Origin: Octopus sinensis
Lineage: Eukaryota
Direction: 5' to 3'
DNA: 64,000 nt
Assembly: GCF_006345805.1 (NCBI RefSeq)
Contig: NC_043007.1
Location: 2,356,001-2,420,000 of the forward strand
In this document: positions 1-11,984 of the stretch, piece after piece
Layout: every line of letters starts with the position of its first letter
Numbering within the stretch: position 1 is the stretch's first letter
Position numbers and translations under genes: made by a program
Notes under the pieces: model-generated
The model's database searches: none
What the model was told of the DNA's origin: nothing
The model's input: the letters and a program-made list of their open reading frames with translations, nothing else

Positions 1-954
1 CGGGCTATTACCGGGCCAGATGTTGGCCCTCACAAAAATAGCACTTTCTCACCAAGGGAAGGCCTGTGTTGCTTTTTGACTCATGGTATGGTGCAGAATC
101 CTGGTTAGGCTCTACATTGTCAACCCTAAACTTCTGCTCCATCCTAGGTAACAGAGTTCTTCAGGATGTCCGGATATTCCTTTGTGCCGAATTGCAAGCC
201 AGATGCGATGAAATGTGGACCCATGTCACTTCCAATGCTCTCCACGGTTCGAAACCCCATCACAGAGGCAGTATTCTTAATCTCAAACACAGCGGAGACG
301 TCGGATGGGTTGCATGCAAACACTCGAGAATTTCTACGATTAACCTCAGCGCCCACAAAGAACTTCTTCTTGTTCCCAAGCACGAGAGTTTTTCTTGCAC
401 TCTGATGCTTAATGAAAGACAGAAACTTTGGGCATCTCTCGGCTCTGATTGCTTTTGCCTTGACTGTTAGAGGCGATGGTGTCGTAGAACATAACTACTC
501 ATGCTACGGTTCCTGTTCCAAACTCTTCACACTGTAGAAAAGGACACAGTGCGTTTCTTTGCAAGAGTTATCATGGATGCGGATGGGTTGACTTCAATCA
601 GGCGTTTGAGGTCAGCGAGAAACTTTGGATTGCGCTTGGAATCGCTTCGAGTCTTGTTTTCTTTTCTATCAATCTTTCCCTCTTTAAATTGTTTACACAC
701 ACGATTTTAACTGTTGCTTTTGGAAGTTTCGTCAACTTCACAATTTTATTGACAGTGTGCCCGGTGAGTGCCAAAACGACAAAGGCTGAATGATTCTGTT
801 GTTCCATTGCTTTCTGTTGTCGAATCAGTTCGTTATTTACCTGAAAAATAAAGAGGAAGATTAGACTTTCAAGCAAGCAAGATTTTGACTATAAGTGAAA
901 TGTTAACCCCACTAACTCAACTGTTAAAACTGGTCTCAATCTGTAAGGCCCCTG
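1..954 (-). mobile_element. Decayed Tc1/mariner-superfamily (maT/DD37D-like) transposon, 5' part, running off the window start
   Basis: Minus-strand frames joined across frameshifts give an N-terminal HTH-like segment (QQNHSAFVVLALTGHTVNKIVKLTKLPKATV), then KFLADLKRLIEVNPSASM, KKFFVGAEVNRRNSRV, QDSAPYH and WPGNSP. The end reads TA-CAGGGG on the minus strand (TA at 955-956). Confidence 0.85.
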
Positions 955-960
955 TACATT

Positions 961-1090
961 CATTTGCACACACGCTCATACACACACACACACACGCACA
1001 CACACACACACACGCAAATATGTATATATATCACATGCATACACACGCGCACATATATACATACATTTTCACACACACACATACACATAC
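961..1090. repeat. (CA)n/(TACA)n microsatellite
   Basis: Direct inspection. Confidence 0.9.
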
Positions 1091-2499
1091 TTCTGACGTT
1101 CGACTAGGAGTATTGAATTTTCCACCCAGCTGCATTATCCGCTTCTTAAAACAGTGTATAGCTTGTGAATAGTTTTCGTTCACCCCATTTCATTAACAAC
1201 GCATGGTTCGATTTAAGGATATAGCAAATGAAATTCATCTAAGATGCCACACAATGACATCGATCCCGGTGGCTCATGCCTACGTATCAAATTTCTTAAT
1301 CATTCCCCTATTACTGAACTTAAGCAACCACATGCAGTCACACAGAGACTTAATCAAGGCTTCTCAGTTATAAATAGGTACTATCTGACGACTTGCAAAA
1401 CCTTCTCACCTTCTAGTCGTTATACACTCGATGTTTCACTTGGTCAGGTTGGGGAGGACCGAGGAATAATCTGTTACTGCTCGCGATGTTGTAGGCATCT
1501 AAAACAGTTAACGAGAGCGTGACATTATCCATTAGGTCATACTTTCGAGTGACGTTTATACTAAGCTGTACGCACTACTTACATAGATACATCCATATAT
1601 ACATACATATAAAATATGGCGGTGTGTTTCCGTTTCTGCGTGGTACGTGTATGTGTTATGTGTGCGTGCTTGCGTGCCTGCATACGTGAGCACTGGAGGG
1701 GGCTTATGAATAACATACGAAATTTGGGTTAAAAGTTCATTGTTGATGAATATTTAATGTAGAATGACATAGTTTCCATGACAATTGATATATATGAAAC
1801 AAAAAACAATGCAAGTATGTAAAAACAACACACAAATAGTTAAGCAAAACTAAAATACACAAAATTTGACCCCGACAAAGACATTTGCTCAGGGAATAGA
1901 TTTTTGTTTCGACACATCTAGACTAATATACCAGAATTTTGATATTTTGTTTGTACGTAACCCTTATCGCCGAAATTCTGTTATTAAACACGTATATGTA
2001 TTTAATGAATTACTCAGAGAGGGATATGTAGCACCACAACCTTTCTAGACTTTCTGAGGCGGATATTCCTGAAAGAAAAAAAAACCATAGTTCATACAAG
2101 AAACAAAACATCTGGTTATCATAAGACTGAAGACGATATTAATCGGCGTCAAGTATTTGCTGGTTTATATCTCTAAAGACCCTTAAATTTGCCGATTGAA
2201 TACTAATGAAATTGTTATTCAAAAACATCATTTCAGTATTTCTATTTGCATATTACCAAACATTTTATCGTGTGGTTTTCTTTTGTAAATTCCTCTTCAT
2301 TTGTTTAAAAGAATCACATCTCTCGAGAGTATTATTACATTTTTTCTTTTTTCTTTTTTCGAAAAACTTATACATAGTAAGATAATCCAAAAATGAAATG
2401 GAAACACGTCGCCTGGGTAATAATATTTACATCTATGTCGGCTATGTCATAGAAATGTTTGCAAACAATTTATTTTATCTCTGGCACTGTGTTTATCTT

Positions 2500-2668
2500 T
2501 CACATACGTACATACATACATACATACATTCATCTATGTATATCTATTTATGTACTAATTTCCAAAAATAATATATATATCTATCATATACATATGAACA
2601 AAATGTATGTATATATATATATGAGTATATATATATATATATATGTATGTATATATATATATATGTGC

Positions 2669-2710
<42 letters not shown>

Positions 2711-2830
2711 TATATACACAAACATATACATGCAGACATGTAAATATTTTCCTTTTGCCTATAACTATGATATATTCCTGAAAATATGTACCTCTTCGTT
2801 CGGGAAATATATATATATATATATATGAAC
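2500..2830. repeat. (TA)n-rich compound microsatellite
   Basis: Direct inspection; source of poly-YI ORFs. Confidence 0.9.
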
Positions 2831-3618
2831 ATCGTATGGATGCATGCCTATGCATGTATGAGCAGCACATATGTGTGTTGGTGAGAATCCTTTATCTGTC
2901 TCTATGGTTGTATGTATGTTGATAGATTTCTGCTATTTTTTCGTATGTATAATTCGTGTATATACTCGTATTTAAGTCAGAACATTGTTTACAATAAATA
3001 CATATATCCAATTAGTATGAGCAGCCATAGATATGAACAAAGTATATTAAATTCAGCTCTGCAAAACAGACCCGCTTGCTAGACGCATATGCCTTGCACC
3101 AGGAATCCGAAACCACCACGATTAAGTAGAATATCCATTTCTAATTATTCATTTAGTAATTCGGGAGATTCTTAATCTCTGCGAAATCTAATAATCCCAG
3201 TAAGGTACTGGATGTTCTGCAAGAAGACAAATATATTTCTGCTCGGATTCGTATCTCTTCCATTCAAGTGGGCGCCACCACCAAGCCTGTTCATCATGAT
3301 AGAACTGTTCTTTTTTAAATCAATGAATCACCTCAGAGAACTATTCTAACTTCCGCACTGGTTCTCAACATCTCAATGTTACTCGGGCCAAAGTTTCAGG
3401 GCATTGTAATCTCCGACATCGGGGTGGACAAACCGGGGACATTTGCAGGATGGCTCACCGACATCTTCATGGTGGGTATACTTCGATGCCTTTACAACAC
3501 GGCTTCCTATTTTACCTCCCTTTACATTCACCTACCAACAGTGTCTGTTCTCCATTACCTGCAAACTTGTCTCCTCTTTCCACCATCAACCAACCACATG
3601 GCCCAGATACCTTTCACC

Positions 3619-3705
3619 AATTAAAGCAAACAATATTACCAGAAATCCCAAAATATCTTTATAACTATGATAATGAGGAAAAGGAATTTTATCCAAATCC
3701 CTATT
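3619..3705 (-). pseudogene. CYTB: Short NUMT, mitochondrial cytochrome b fragment
   Basis: With the invertebrate mitochondrial code the minus strand gives [29 protein letters not shown], matching the conserved cytb N-S-D-x-D-K-I-P-F-H-x-Y-Y-S-x-K-D-x-x-G-F region recalled from memory. The flanks do not continue as cytb. Confidence 0.75.
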
Positions 3706-3964
3706 CATGTTTGCTTGTAACCACGTAACTTGAGCTGCTCATTGTCTATTCAACCTCCCGCCTTTCCGATATCTTCCACTTTTTCCCAACTCCAATTACG
3801 ACTAATAAAAAGCAAATTATTGTTATTATTATTATTTTTTGCGATATGTAGTTCGTTAAAGACTTTATGATCTTCTTATTTGAGTGTTTGAAGTTTGATT
3901 TGTGGTTCGCATAATTTGTCCCTCACAAATTCTTCTATATTCAGTGTGCTCTAAACCAAACCAG

Positions 3965-4371
3965 TCTTTTCTACTCTAGGTACAAGGCCCAAAATTTTGG
4001 GGGAGGGGGACAGTCGATTAGATCGACTCCAGTACGCAATAGGTACTTAATTTATCGACCTCGAAAGAATGAAAGGTAAAGTCAACCTCAGCAGAATTTG
4101 AACTCAGAACGTTAAGACAGACGCAATACCTATTTCTTTAGTACCCACAAGGGGCTAAACACAGAAGGGACAAACAAGGACAGACAAACGGATTAAGTCG
4201 ATTATATCGATCCTAGTGCGTAAATGGTACTTAATTTATCGACCCCGAAAGGATGAAAGACAAAGTCAACCTCGGTGGAATTTGAACTCAGAACGTAACG
4301 GTAGACGAAATACCGCTGAGCATTTCGCCCAGCATGCTAACGTTTCTGCCAGCTCCATGCCATCTAAACCA
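3965..4371 (-). mobile_element. tRNA-derived SINE family A, head-to-tail dimer with two different tails
   Basis: Reverse complement of head GGCGG..GAGCTGGCAGAAACGTTAGC..GAGTTCAAATTCC plus core GAGGTCGACTTTGCCTTTCATCCTTTCGGGGTCGAT, present twice. Confidence 0.9.
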
Positions 4372-4503
4372 AACCAATCTAGAATATCAATAGGTTTCTT
4401 GAAATCTGGAGTTTACAGAGTGCGCCGAGACTTTGACGAAATTGTCTCCAAGATTCAATGCTTGAATTAATAACCTAATTATAGACGTATAGACGTATGT
4501 AGG

Positions 4504-4570
<67 letters not shown>

Positions 4571-4573
<3 letters not shown>

Positions 4574-4902
4574 AATTGCAGTGTGGAAGGTGTTTATAAG
4601 CCATTTAAGAAACACACAAAAGCCGTTCGATTCACTTCAACATTTAAGTTTAATTTGTCAAAATGTTTTCGTCGCTAAAATCCGCGACCTGTTCACTGAC
4701 AAAAATCCGTGCTGCATCTCAGTGAACAGGTCGCAGATTTTAGCGACGAAAATATTTTGACAAATTAAACTTAAATGTTGAAGTGAATCGAACGGCTTTT
4801 GTGTGTTTCTTAAATGGCTTATAAACACCTTCCACGCTGCAATTGTTTTCGTTTCAGCACACGATCTCAGATCAAATTACTTGCTATGCGAGTACATCTC
4901 CG

Positions 4903-4904
<2 letters not shown>
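4571..4904. mobile_element. Palindromic non-autonomous element (129-bp inverted arms 4571-4699 / 4719-4847), Penelope-terminus-like, between (TA)n tracts
   Basis: The arms are near-perfect reverse complements around a 19-bp spacer. A related copy begins at about 63893. The 4848-4904 extension is assigned by inference. Confidence 0.8.
4655..4702 (-). ncRNA. Type I hammerhead-like motif with G3:C8 core variant
   Basis: Minus strand reads UUGUCA-GUGAACA-G-GUCGC(GGAUUUUA)GCGAC-GAAA-A(CA)UU-U-UGACAA: 6-bp stem I, 5-bp stem II, minimal stem III. Folded by eye. Confidence 0.6.
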
Positions 4905-4961
<57 letters not shown>

Positions 4962-6424
4962 AATATGTACATATATATATATCAATGTATGCGTATATAT
5001 GTATATGTATACATACATATGTAGACACACACACCCACACACATGCTTGTGCGTGTAACCAAACCGAGATCAGACACCTGTACCATTAAATACGTGACAG
5101 GATCAGCGGAACGACTTCGCAGCAGTCTTTCCATTAAATGACACCCTATAGAGATTCATGGAGCCAAGTATCTCGAAGGGAATTGCTAATAGTAAAATAC
5201 AATAAATCATGAAAAACAAAGGAAGAGAAGAAGGAAGAAAACAAAGAAAAAGAAATCGCTAAAAAAAAACAAAAAAAAAAACGAGGCGAATGAAATACAT
5301 TATTTTCTAACAATGAGCAACAGTTTAGCAAACGTTCGAAAAATAAAAGAAATCTTATCTGCGATCATCCAAAACAAAACAAACAAACAAATGTATTATT
5401 TCTCCTTTTTGGCGCCTCGTGGACTGTTATTGTGAGGATTGTAGAAAATAGGATAGAATATCTCTGTAATTCAATAGACAATTAGAGAGTGATTGAATAG
5501 CATATCTTCGCTTCGTATTGTAAAAATAAATCCTTCCTCAAGTGATCTGATATTTTGGTAAAACAGTAACGTAGCTATTTTAGCATAAATAAAACCAAGA
5601 AATAAAGAAAAGTAATTTATGCTTTTTATTATGTTGTTGGCCACTAGATTATTATTTTTTTTTTTTGTTTACATTTGGTATTTTTCATGAAAATATTGCT
5701 GCTATTGAGAAGGCAGTCTGCTAGCCATTTAGATTCTTTTGATATCGTTTCTTGAATATCGGTTTTTGTATTTAAATAATGACCAACATTAAATATATAT
5801 TTTATTCGACAAATTAAATTGAACAGAACACGTTAGAAGTGGCTATTCAGTTTTATTCTTATGATGATAAGAAAGCAAGAAGAAATAGGGCGGATATATA
5901 GAGAAGCAGATAAGAAGACAAACAAAGAGGTAGATATAGATATGTTTATTGCTTCTCTGCAAGGATAGGCCGATCAGTCTAGTATCAAACAAATAAACGA
6001 TTAAATTGATAATAGCCGTTCATTATAAATTCATGGAGATGTTTCAATATAAGAAACCATTGTAATAAGGGGACATCAAGAGTCAGAGACCAAGAGACGG
6101 CTGTCCAGTATTTTCAATACGGCGCTCATTTTGGATGCCATATCACAGCTTATTTTTACTATTGCTAGTTGCTCTTAAGGGACATAAATTTTACATTATC
6201 GTTGGGGTTATCAATTAATGTAGTAAAATATATAGACAGTACAAGGTGCTGCTGTGGCTGCGTGTATGTTATCACAAGAGTTCATAGAGAGATGAAAGAA
6301 TGAATTCAAGGTCTATACGTTTACTGTATAAAAATATTTTAATTCCTCTTTCGATGATGATACAGGGAATAAAAATGGAGAAACTAGTTGAAGGATGTAA
6401 TCTATGCTAGAAAGTCCTCATCTA

Positions 6425-6529
6425 TTTTGTTTTGCTAACACAACGTTTCGGCTGATATACCCTCCAGCCTTCAACAGGTGTCTTGCGGAATTTTCGAACC
6501 TGGGTTCTCATTCCTAAGGTATTTTACAA

Positions 6530-6592
<63 letters not shown>

Positions 6593-6599
6593 TATTATA

Positions 6600-6633
<34 letters not shown>

Positions 6634-6700
6634 TTACTGCTTAGAATCGAACTCGGAATCTTGGGGTTAATAGCCCGCGCTCTTAACCGCTACGCCATAT
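6425..6700 (-). mobile_element. tRNA-headed SINE (family E) with internal (AAT)n and hammerhead-like tail
   Basis: Minus strand reads ATATGGCGTAGCGGTTAAGAGCGCGGGC..GAGTTCGATTC (A/B boxes), then an (AAT)n tract at 6532-6628, then the tail with the HHR-like motif. Confidence 0.8.
6437..6482 (-). ncRNA. Minimal type I hammerhead-like motif (A6U in this copy)
   Basis: GACAC-CUGUUGA-A-GGCUG(GAGGGUAUAU)CAGCC-GAAA-CGUU-GUGUU: 5-bp stem I, 5-bp stem II, palindromic AACGUU stem III. Confidence 0.65.
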
Positions 6701-6816
6701 TACGAATTATGAGTGAGTATATATTCACATACATGCTCATACAATGTAATAAATATAATATAAAATAATATAATATAATATAATATAAAATAATATAATA
6801 TAATATAATATATATC

Positions 6817-7135
6817 TATGAGGGGCTGCCCAAAAGTAATCGGAAACAAGCTCTTGATAGTTCAGACTTCCACTAGAAACCACTTGATGCTACCCTCAGG
6901 CATCAGTTTGTCGATCTGCATCGTCGAGTGAAGATGTACCGTCACGTGGTGTGTCTTGTTTTACGGTGCTCCTTCCCTGCTCGTCGATTTTTGCGATGGC
7001 TGAAACGAAGGAAAAGCATGCTTCCATGAAACTGTTTTCTGCTGGGGAAAAACAGCAGCCGAAATAACTGTCGTGCTTCACACAGTTTCCAAGGACGCTG
7101 TGATATGAAAAAAAAGCACAAGTTTACGATATGGA
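6817..7135 (+). mobile_element. Mariner 5' fragment (TIR plus N-terminal HTH)
   Basis: Starts TA-TGAGGGG. Frameshifted MAETKEKHASMK.CFLLGK.AAE...KTQVY-type mariner N-terminus from about 6997. Confidence 0.75.
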
Positions 7136-7210
7136 CAGGTTGTATACCAGATAGGCGTCATATATCTATATATATATTGTTGTTGACGGCAAGATCATGT
7201 ACCCCAGTAT

Positions 7211-7212
<2 letters not shown>

Positions 7213-7277
<65 letters not shown>

Positions 7278-7288
7278 GTGTGTGTGTT
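7213..7288. repeat. (TG)n microsatellite
   Basis: Direct inspection. Confidence 0.95.
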
Positions 7289-7393
7289 TGCATCCATTAA
7301 AACATGTCAGCTAGCAGCAAAATTCCTGCTCTTTATAATTATATAGTATGCCTGAGTTATATAACTGCGTGTGGGTCAGCATATGAAAATTTG

Positions 7394-7571
<178 letters not shown>

Positions 7572-8049
7572 ATATGCATGTATGTATGTATGTAGTTATA
7601 TGTGTGTGTGTGTGTAAAGATCTATATATGCGTGTTTTGAGATACTAATGCGAACGTTGTTAGTATTTAGTGATTAATTCCGAAAATGTGCTCTCTCGTG
7701 TATAATTTTGCACATTATGCAACAGTAGTCAAATAATTCGAACGGATATGTATATATTTGTTTTCATGAGCGCATAACCAAATATATTTTTCTCCCTGTC
7801 AAACGCTTTCATACTGTTTTTACATTTCTATGTACAATAATCAGAACTGGAAATCCTATATTCCTTAGAGTTCGTTGCCAAAGTTAATACACTAAGATAA
7901 TATTCTCGTTATATCTGCGAAATATGTCTGTAACACTAATATTTAATGCACCATTTGGTATTTGGTTATTAATCCTGTACGTTATGCTGTCTCGTCTACA
8001 ATTTCATACGATATACAGCAGTAGACGAGCGGTTGGATGTTACGGTTAG

Positions 8050-8106
8050 TTGATATACATATGCATGTATGTACATATATACATCACCGCATATATATAT
8101 ATGTAT

Positions 8107-8156
<50 letters not shown>

Positions 8157-8193
8157 ACATATATATATTATATATATATATATACACACACAC

Positions 8194-8261
<68 letters not shown>

Positions 8262-8462
8262 GTATGTATGTATATATATATATAATATATATAATATATA
8301 TACACACACACATATATATATATATATATACATATATACATATATACATATATATATATGTGTGTGTGCGTGTGTATAAACGACATATAACTATCATTTG
8401 CGTAGAACTAGTCAGAATGTTACCCTTGAGTTTGAGTCATATGCATATACTTACATACAAAC

Positions 8463-8514
<52 letters not shown>

Positions 8515-8575
8515 ATACATGTATGTGTATGTACACATACACAAACACACGCACGCGCACACATACATACACATA
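8050..8575. repeat. Compound TA/CA/TG microsatellite field
   Basis: Direct inspection. Confidence 0.9.
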
Positions 8576-9072
8576 TTACTGTTACCAGTTCAAATATGTT
8601 TGGCGCGTATTGAAACCCGTAAGAAACCCTTTGCTGTATTTTGTCTTGGAGAAAATTCTTGGAATTGACAAATACGCGTAAGCACAGCAATTCAGTTTGA
8701 TGCGACCTCTAACTAGAGAGATGGATGTACGCTTTTCGGATCGGTTTACTCATCCTCAGTATCACCTACAAGAAAGTGTAATGCTGTGTGTGTGTGTGTG
8801 TGTATCTGTGTGTGTGTGTGTAAATCAGGGGACCAACGCGCAGAAGAATGAACAGCGTGGTGCCACTCCATCAATAGTGGCGTAGAACATTTTGAAAGAC
8901 ATCATCGAACAAACAGAGAACATACACGTCTAAGACTGAGGACCTGCTAATTCCAGTCAAGGCCTGTACTGACCATCAAGTGTAATCTCTGTCGAATTTT
9001 GTTCCATCCAGAAATCGATCTTGTCAGCCATTACAAGCACTGACATAAATGTGGAAGTAGAAATGAAGAAAA

Positions 9073-9483
9073 GGCGGCAAGCTGGCAGAAACGTTAGCAC
9101 GCCGGGCGAAATGCTTAGCAGTATTCCGTTGGCCGCTACGTTCTGAGTTCAAATTCCGCCGCGGTCGACTTTGCCTTTCATCCTTTCGGGGTCGATAAAT
9201 AAATACCAGTTACGCACTGGGGTTGATATAATCGACTTAATACCCATGTCTGTCCTTGTTTGTCCCCTCTATGTTTAGCCCCTTGTGGGTAATAAGGAAA
9301 TAGGTATTTCGTCTGTTTTTACGTTCTAAGTTCAAATTCCGCCGAGGTCGATTTTGCTTTTCATCCTTTCGGGGTCGATAAATTAAGGATGAGTTGCGCA
9401 CTGGGATCTATATAATTGACTTAATACCTTTGTTTGTCCCCTCTACGTTTGGGCCCTTGTGGGCAATAAAGAAAAAATAAAGT
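9073..9483 (+). mobile_element. SINE family A dimer with 11-bp target-site duplication
   Basis: Two core units joined at GGTATTTC. Flanking AATGAAGAAAA at 9062-9072 and 9484-9494. Confidence 0.9.
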
Positions 9484-9863
9484 AATGAAGAAAAATATTC
9501 GGAAACCAGTACAAAGTTGAGTGCTTAGGCATAAACAGAGGAACTTATATAAAATTTCACTGCTAAGATGAAAGCTTTTATCTACTTGTTATTTCCGATC
9601 CCAAATATTCATTTCGGTAGTTTTAGTTCTTACCGACAGTTCCGTAGACCATGTTTTTGTTACTGACTGAATGACGTCAGTATTTCTCTTTTATCTTCAA
9701 TATTTCGGCTTCCGAAAGAACCTGTACAGAAAAACTGCGGCTGAATTTAATTCCGGTCTTTTCAAATATGTAGAGACATGATACAGTTTGATGGTGGTGG
9801 GGGTGCTATGCCATAGCCTTCGTTATGACATTTATAGTATATGATTGCAAAAGAGTTATATCG

Positions 9864-9995
9864 AATTAGTAGAGTCATTAGAACGTTGGATAGAAAACCT
9901 TGCGGTATTTGTTCCCGACTCTCTAGGTTCTGGGCTCGAATCTCAGTTAGGTCTACTTTACCTTTCATCTATTCAAGTGTTGTTAAAATTGTGCC
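9864..9995 (+). mobile_element. Highly diverged SINE family A relic
   Basis: Residual GCGGTATTTG..GGTTCTGGGCTCGAATCTC..GGTCTACTTTACCTTTCATC. Confidence 0.5.
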
Positions 9996-10397
9996 AAGAC
10001 AATGGGTATACTTAACAAAACTGTTAATACATTGGACGACATTGTACGCAGTATTTGATCCGGCTTTTTGCGCTATAACAGCAATGCCTGCCGTGTCATC
10101 GAGGCGACGATTTTTATCTCTTGGATAAAAAATTTCTAAAGTGTAGTGCGGAGGCTTCCATCCACAAACGACTTCCATTATTCCTAAAATTTTCTTTCAC
10201 CCCCCTGCTCAAACAAGTGAAAATTCATGGTCGAACATGGCAGATTGAGGTCTTGGTCGTAAAAACCTTATCTGTTGTTGATGTCAGATTATGTTTTATT
10301 CTTTTTTAAATTCTAATATTTAAAAAAAATTCTTATTAAATACTTACTGAGAAATTCCAATGTAGCTTTTTAAAAAAAATCCCTCTTATATATGAAA

Positions 10398-10870
10398 AGT
10401 GGCCAGTTACCAGAATCATTAGCTTATCGGTATTTCAGCCGTCTTAACGTTACTGCGTTCGAATTCCGCCGAGGTCAATTTTGTCTTCAATTCTTTTGGG
10501 GTCGGTAAAATAAGTATCTGTTGAACCCTCGGGACAATGTAATTGACTATCCTATTTCTTTATTGCCCACAAGGGGCTAAACACAGAGGGGACAAACAAG
10601 GACAGGCAAACGGATTAAGTCGATTACATCGACCCGAGTGCATAACTGGTACTTATTTAATCGACCCCAGTGCGTAACTGGTACTTATTTAATCGACCCC
10701 GAAAGGATGAGAGGCAAAGTCAACCTTGGCGGAATTTGAACTCAGAACGTAACGGCAGACGAAATACCTCTAAGCATTTCACCCGGTATGCTAACGTTTC
10801 TGCCATCTCGGGACAATGCAATTGACTATCCCTCTCCACAAAGTTTCAGGCCTTGTTTCTGTCGTAGAAA
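10398..10870 (+). mobile_element. SINE family A (older) interrupted by an antisense SINE A
   Basis: Head and core at 10398-10552; the tail resumes after 10831. Confidence 0.75.
10553..10806 (-). mobile_element. SINE family A, nested, with 25-bp direct repeat flanks and an internal tandem duplication
   Basis: CTCGGGACAATG(T/C)AATTGACTATCC at 10528-10552 and 10807-10831. The AGTGCGTAACTGGTACTTATTTAATCGACCCC-like segment is repeated at about 10636-10700. Confidence 0.85.
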
Positions 10871-11780
10871 TTATATTACACTTCTTTCTCTTAAGCCATT
10901 TAAAAGACAACGATCTCAAATGGTCCCAGAAGAAAATGAATGGCAATTTACTTTACAAATTACAGCTTTAATAAATAAACTTATATGATAACTTGCAACA
11001 TAATAAACTAATCTGATGTTCTTTATTGGCGGTGGAGTCCTCCTTTGTTCTAACAGACTTGCGTTGAGAGATGATGTTGAAGATTATTAACCACAACCAA
11101 AATTGAAATAACGACACTTCACTTTCGAAATGTCAGCTTCAATAAATAAATTCATAATTCTCTAATACGTTATAAATTAGTATTGTGCTTCTTTAAAATA
11201 AAAAATTCTGGTTTAAAGTTTCTTTTGTTCCATCTAACAAACAGATTCTAATGCTTTAGTGCCTCTTATTCTGAGTCCATTATTAACGGCAACCGAAATG
11301 CAAAGGTAGTAGAACTTAATGACATACCATTTCCCAACTTTGATGAAAAAAAAAAAGAGAAATAAATAAAACACGTTATAAATAATTATTGAGTTCTTTA
11401 TTCTCGTTTGTGGTTTCTTTTCTTCTAAAGAACAGATACTTTCTCATACGTTGTATTCCCTTGTGCTGAACACTTTAATAATCAACAGCAAAAAACCAAC
11501 CAAATAATGATCCTTCGTTTTCGAAATTCCAGTTTTAATAATTAAATTTTCAATACTCTATGACATTATAAAGGAGTATTGTGTGTTAGCTTGTGGTTTA
11601 TTCTAATTCGAGGTACCTTTTGTTTTAACAGGCGAAAAAATATTCAGATGCATTACACTTCCTTGTGTAGAGACCTTTATTAACTCCAATCAAATTGCAA
11701 GCAGTTCTAGTTTTAATCAATAAATTTATTCTACTCAACTGCATTACGAACGAAATCCAAAAGCGATATATACATACATA

Positions 11781-11832
<52 letters not shown>

Positions 11833-11984
11833 ACACGAGTGAATGGGCAAATGAAAGAAGGGCACTCAACCATTTTATCAGGAGATACATGTATGGTTCA
11901 AAAGTTTGAATCTAACTGTTTTGATCTATATATATATTACATATGCTTTATATAGATGCTTGTATTTAATTCATTATATAGAAA

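Noticed and set aside
3080-3618. Possible Penelope or other retroelement coding remnant around the NUMT (PGTF..., C.TC-like words)
   Set aside because: No continuous recognisable motif set could be assembled. It would need a profile search.
6345-6400. Possible further hammerhead relic (GAUGAUGA..GAAACUAGUU)
   Set aside because: The core position 3 is wrong and there is no credible stem II.
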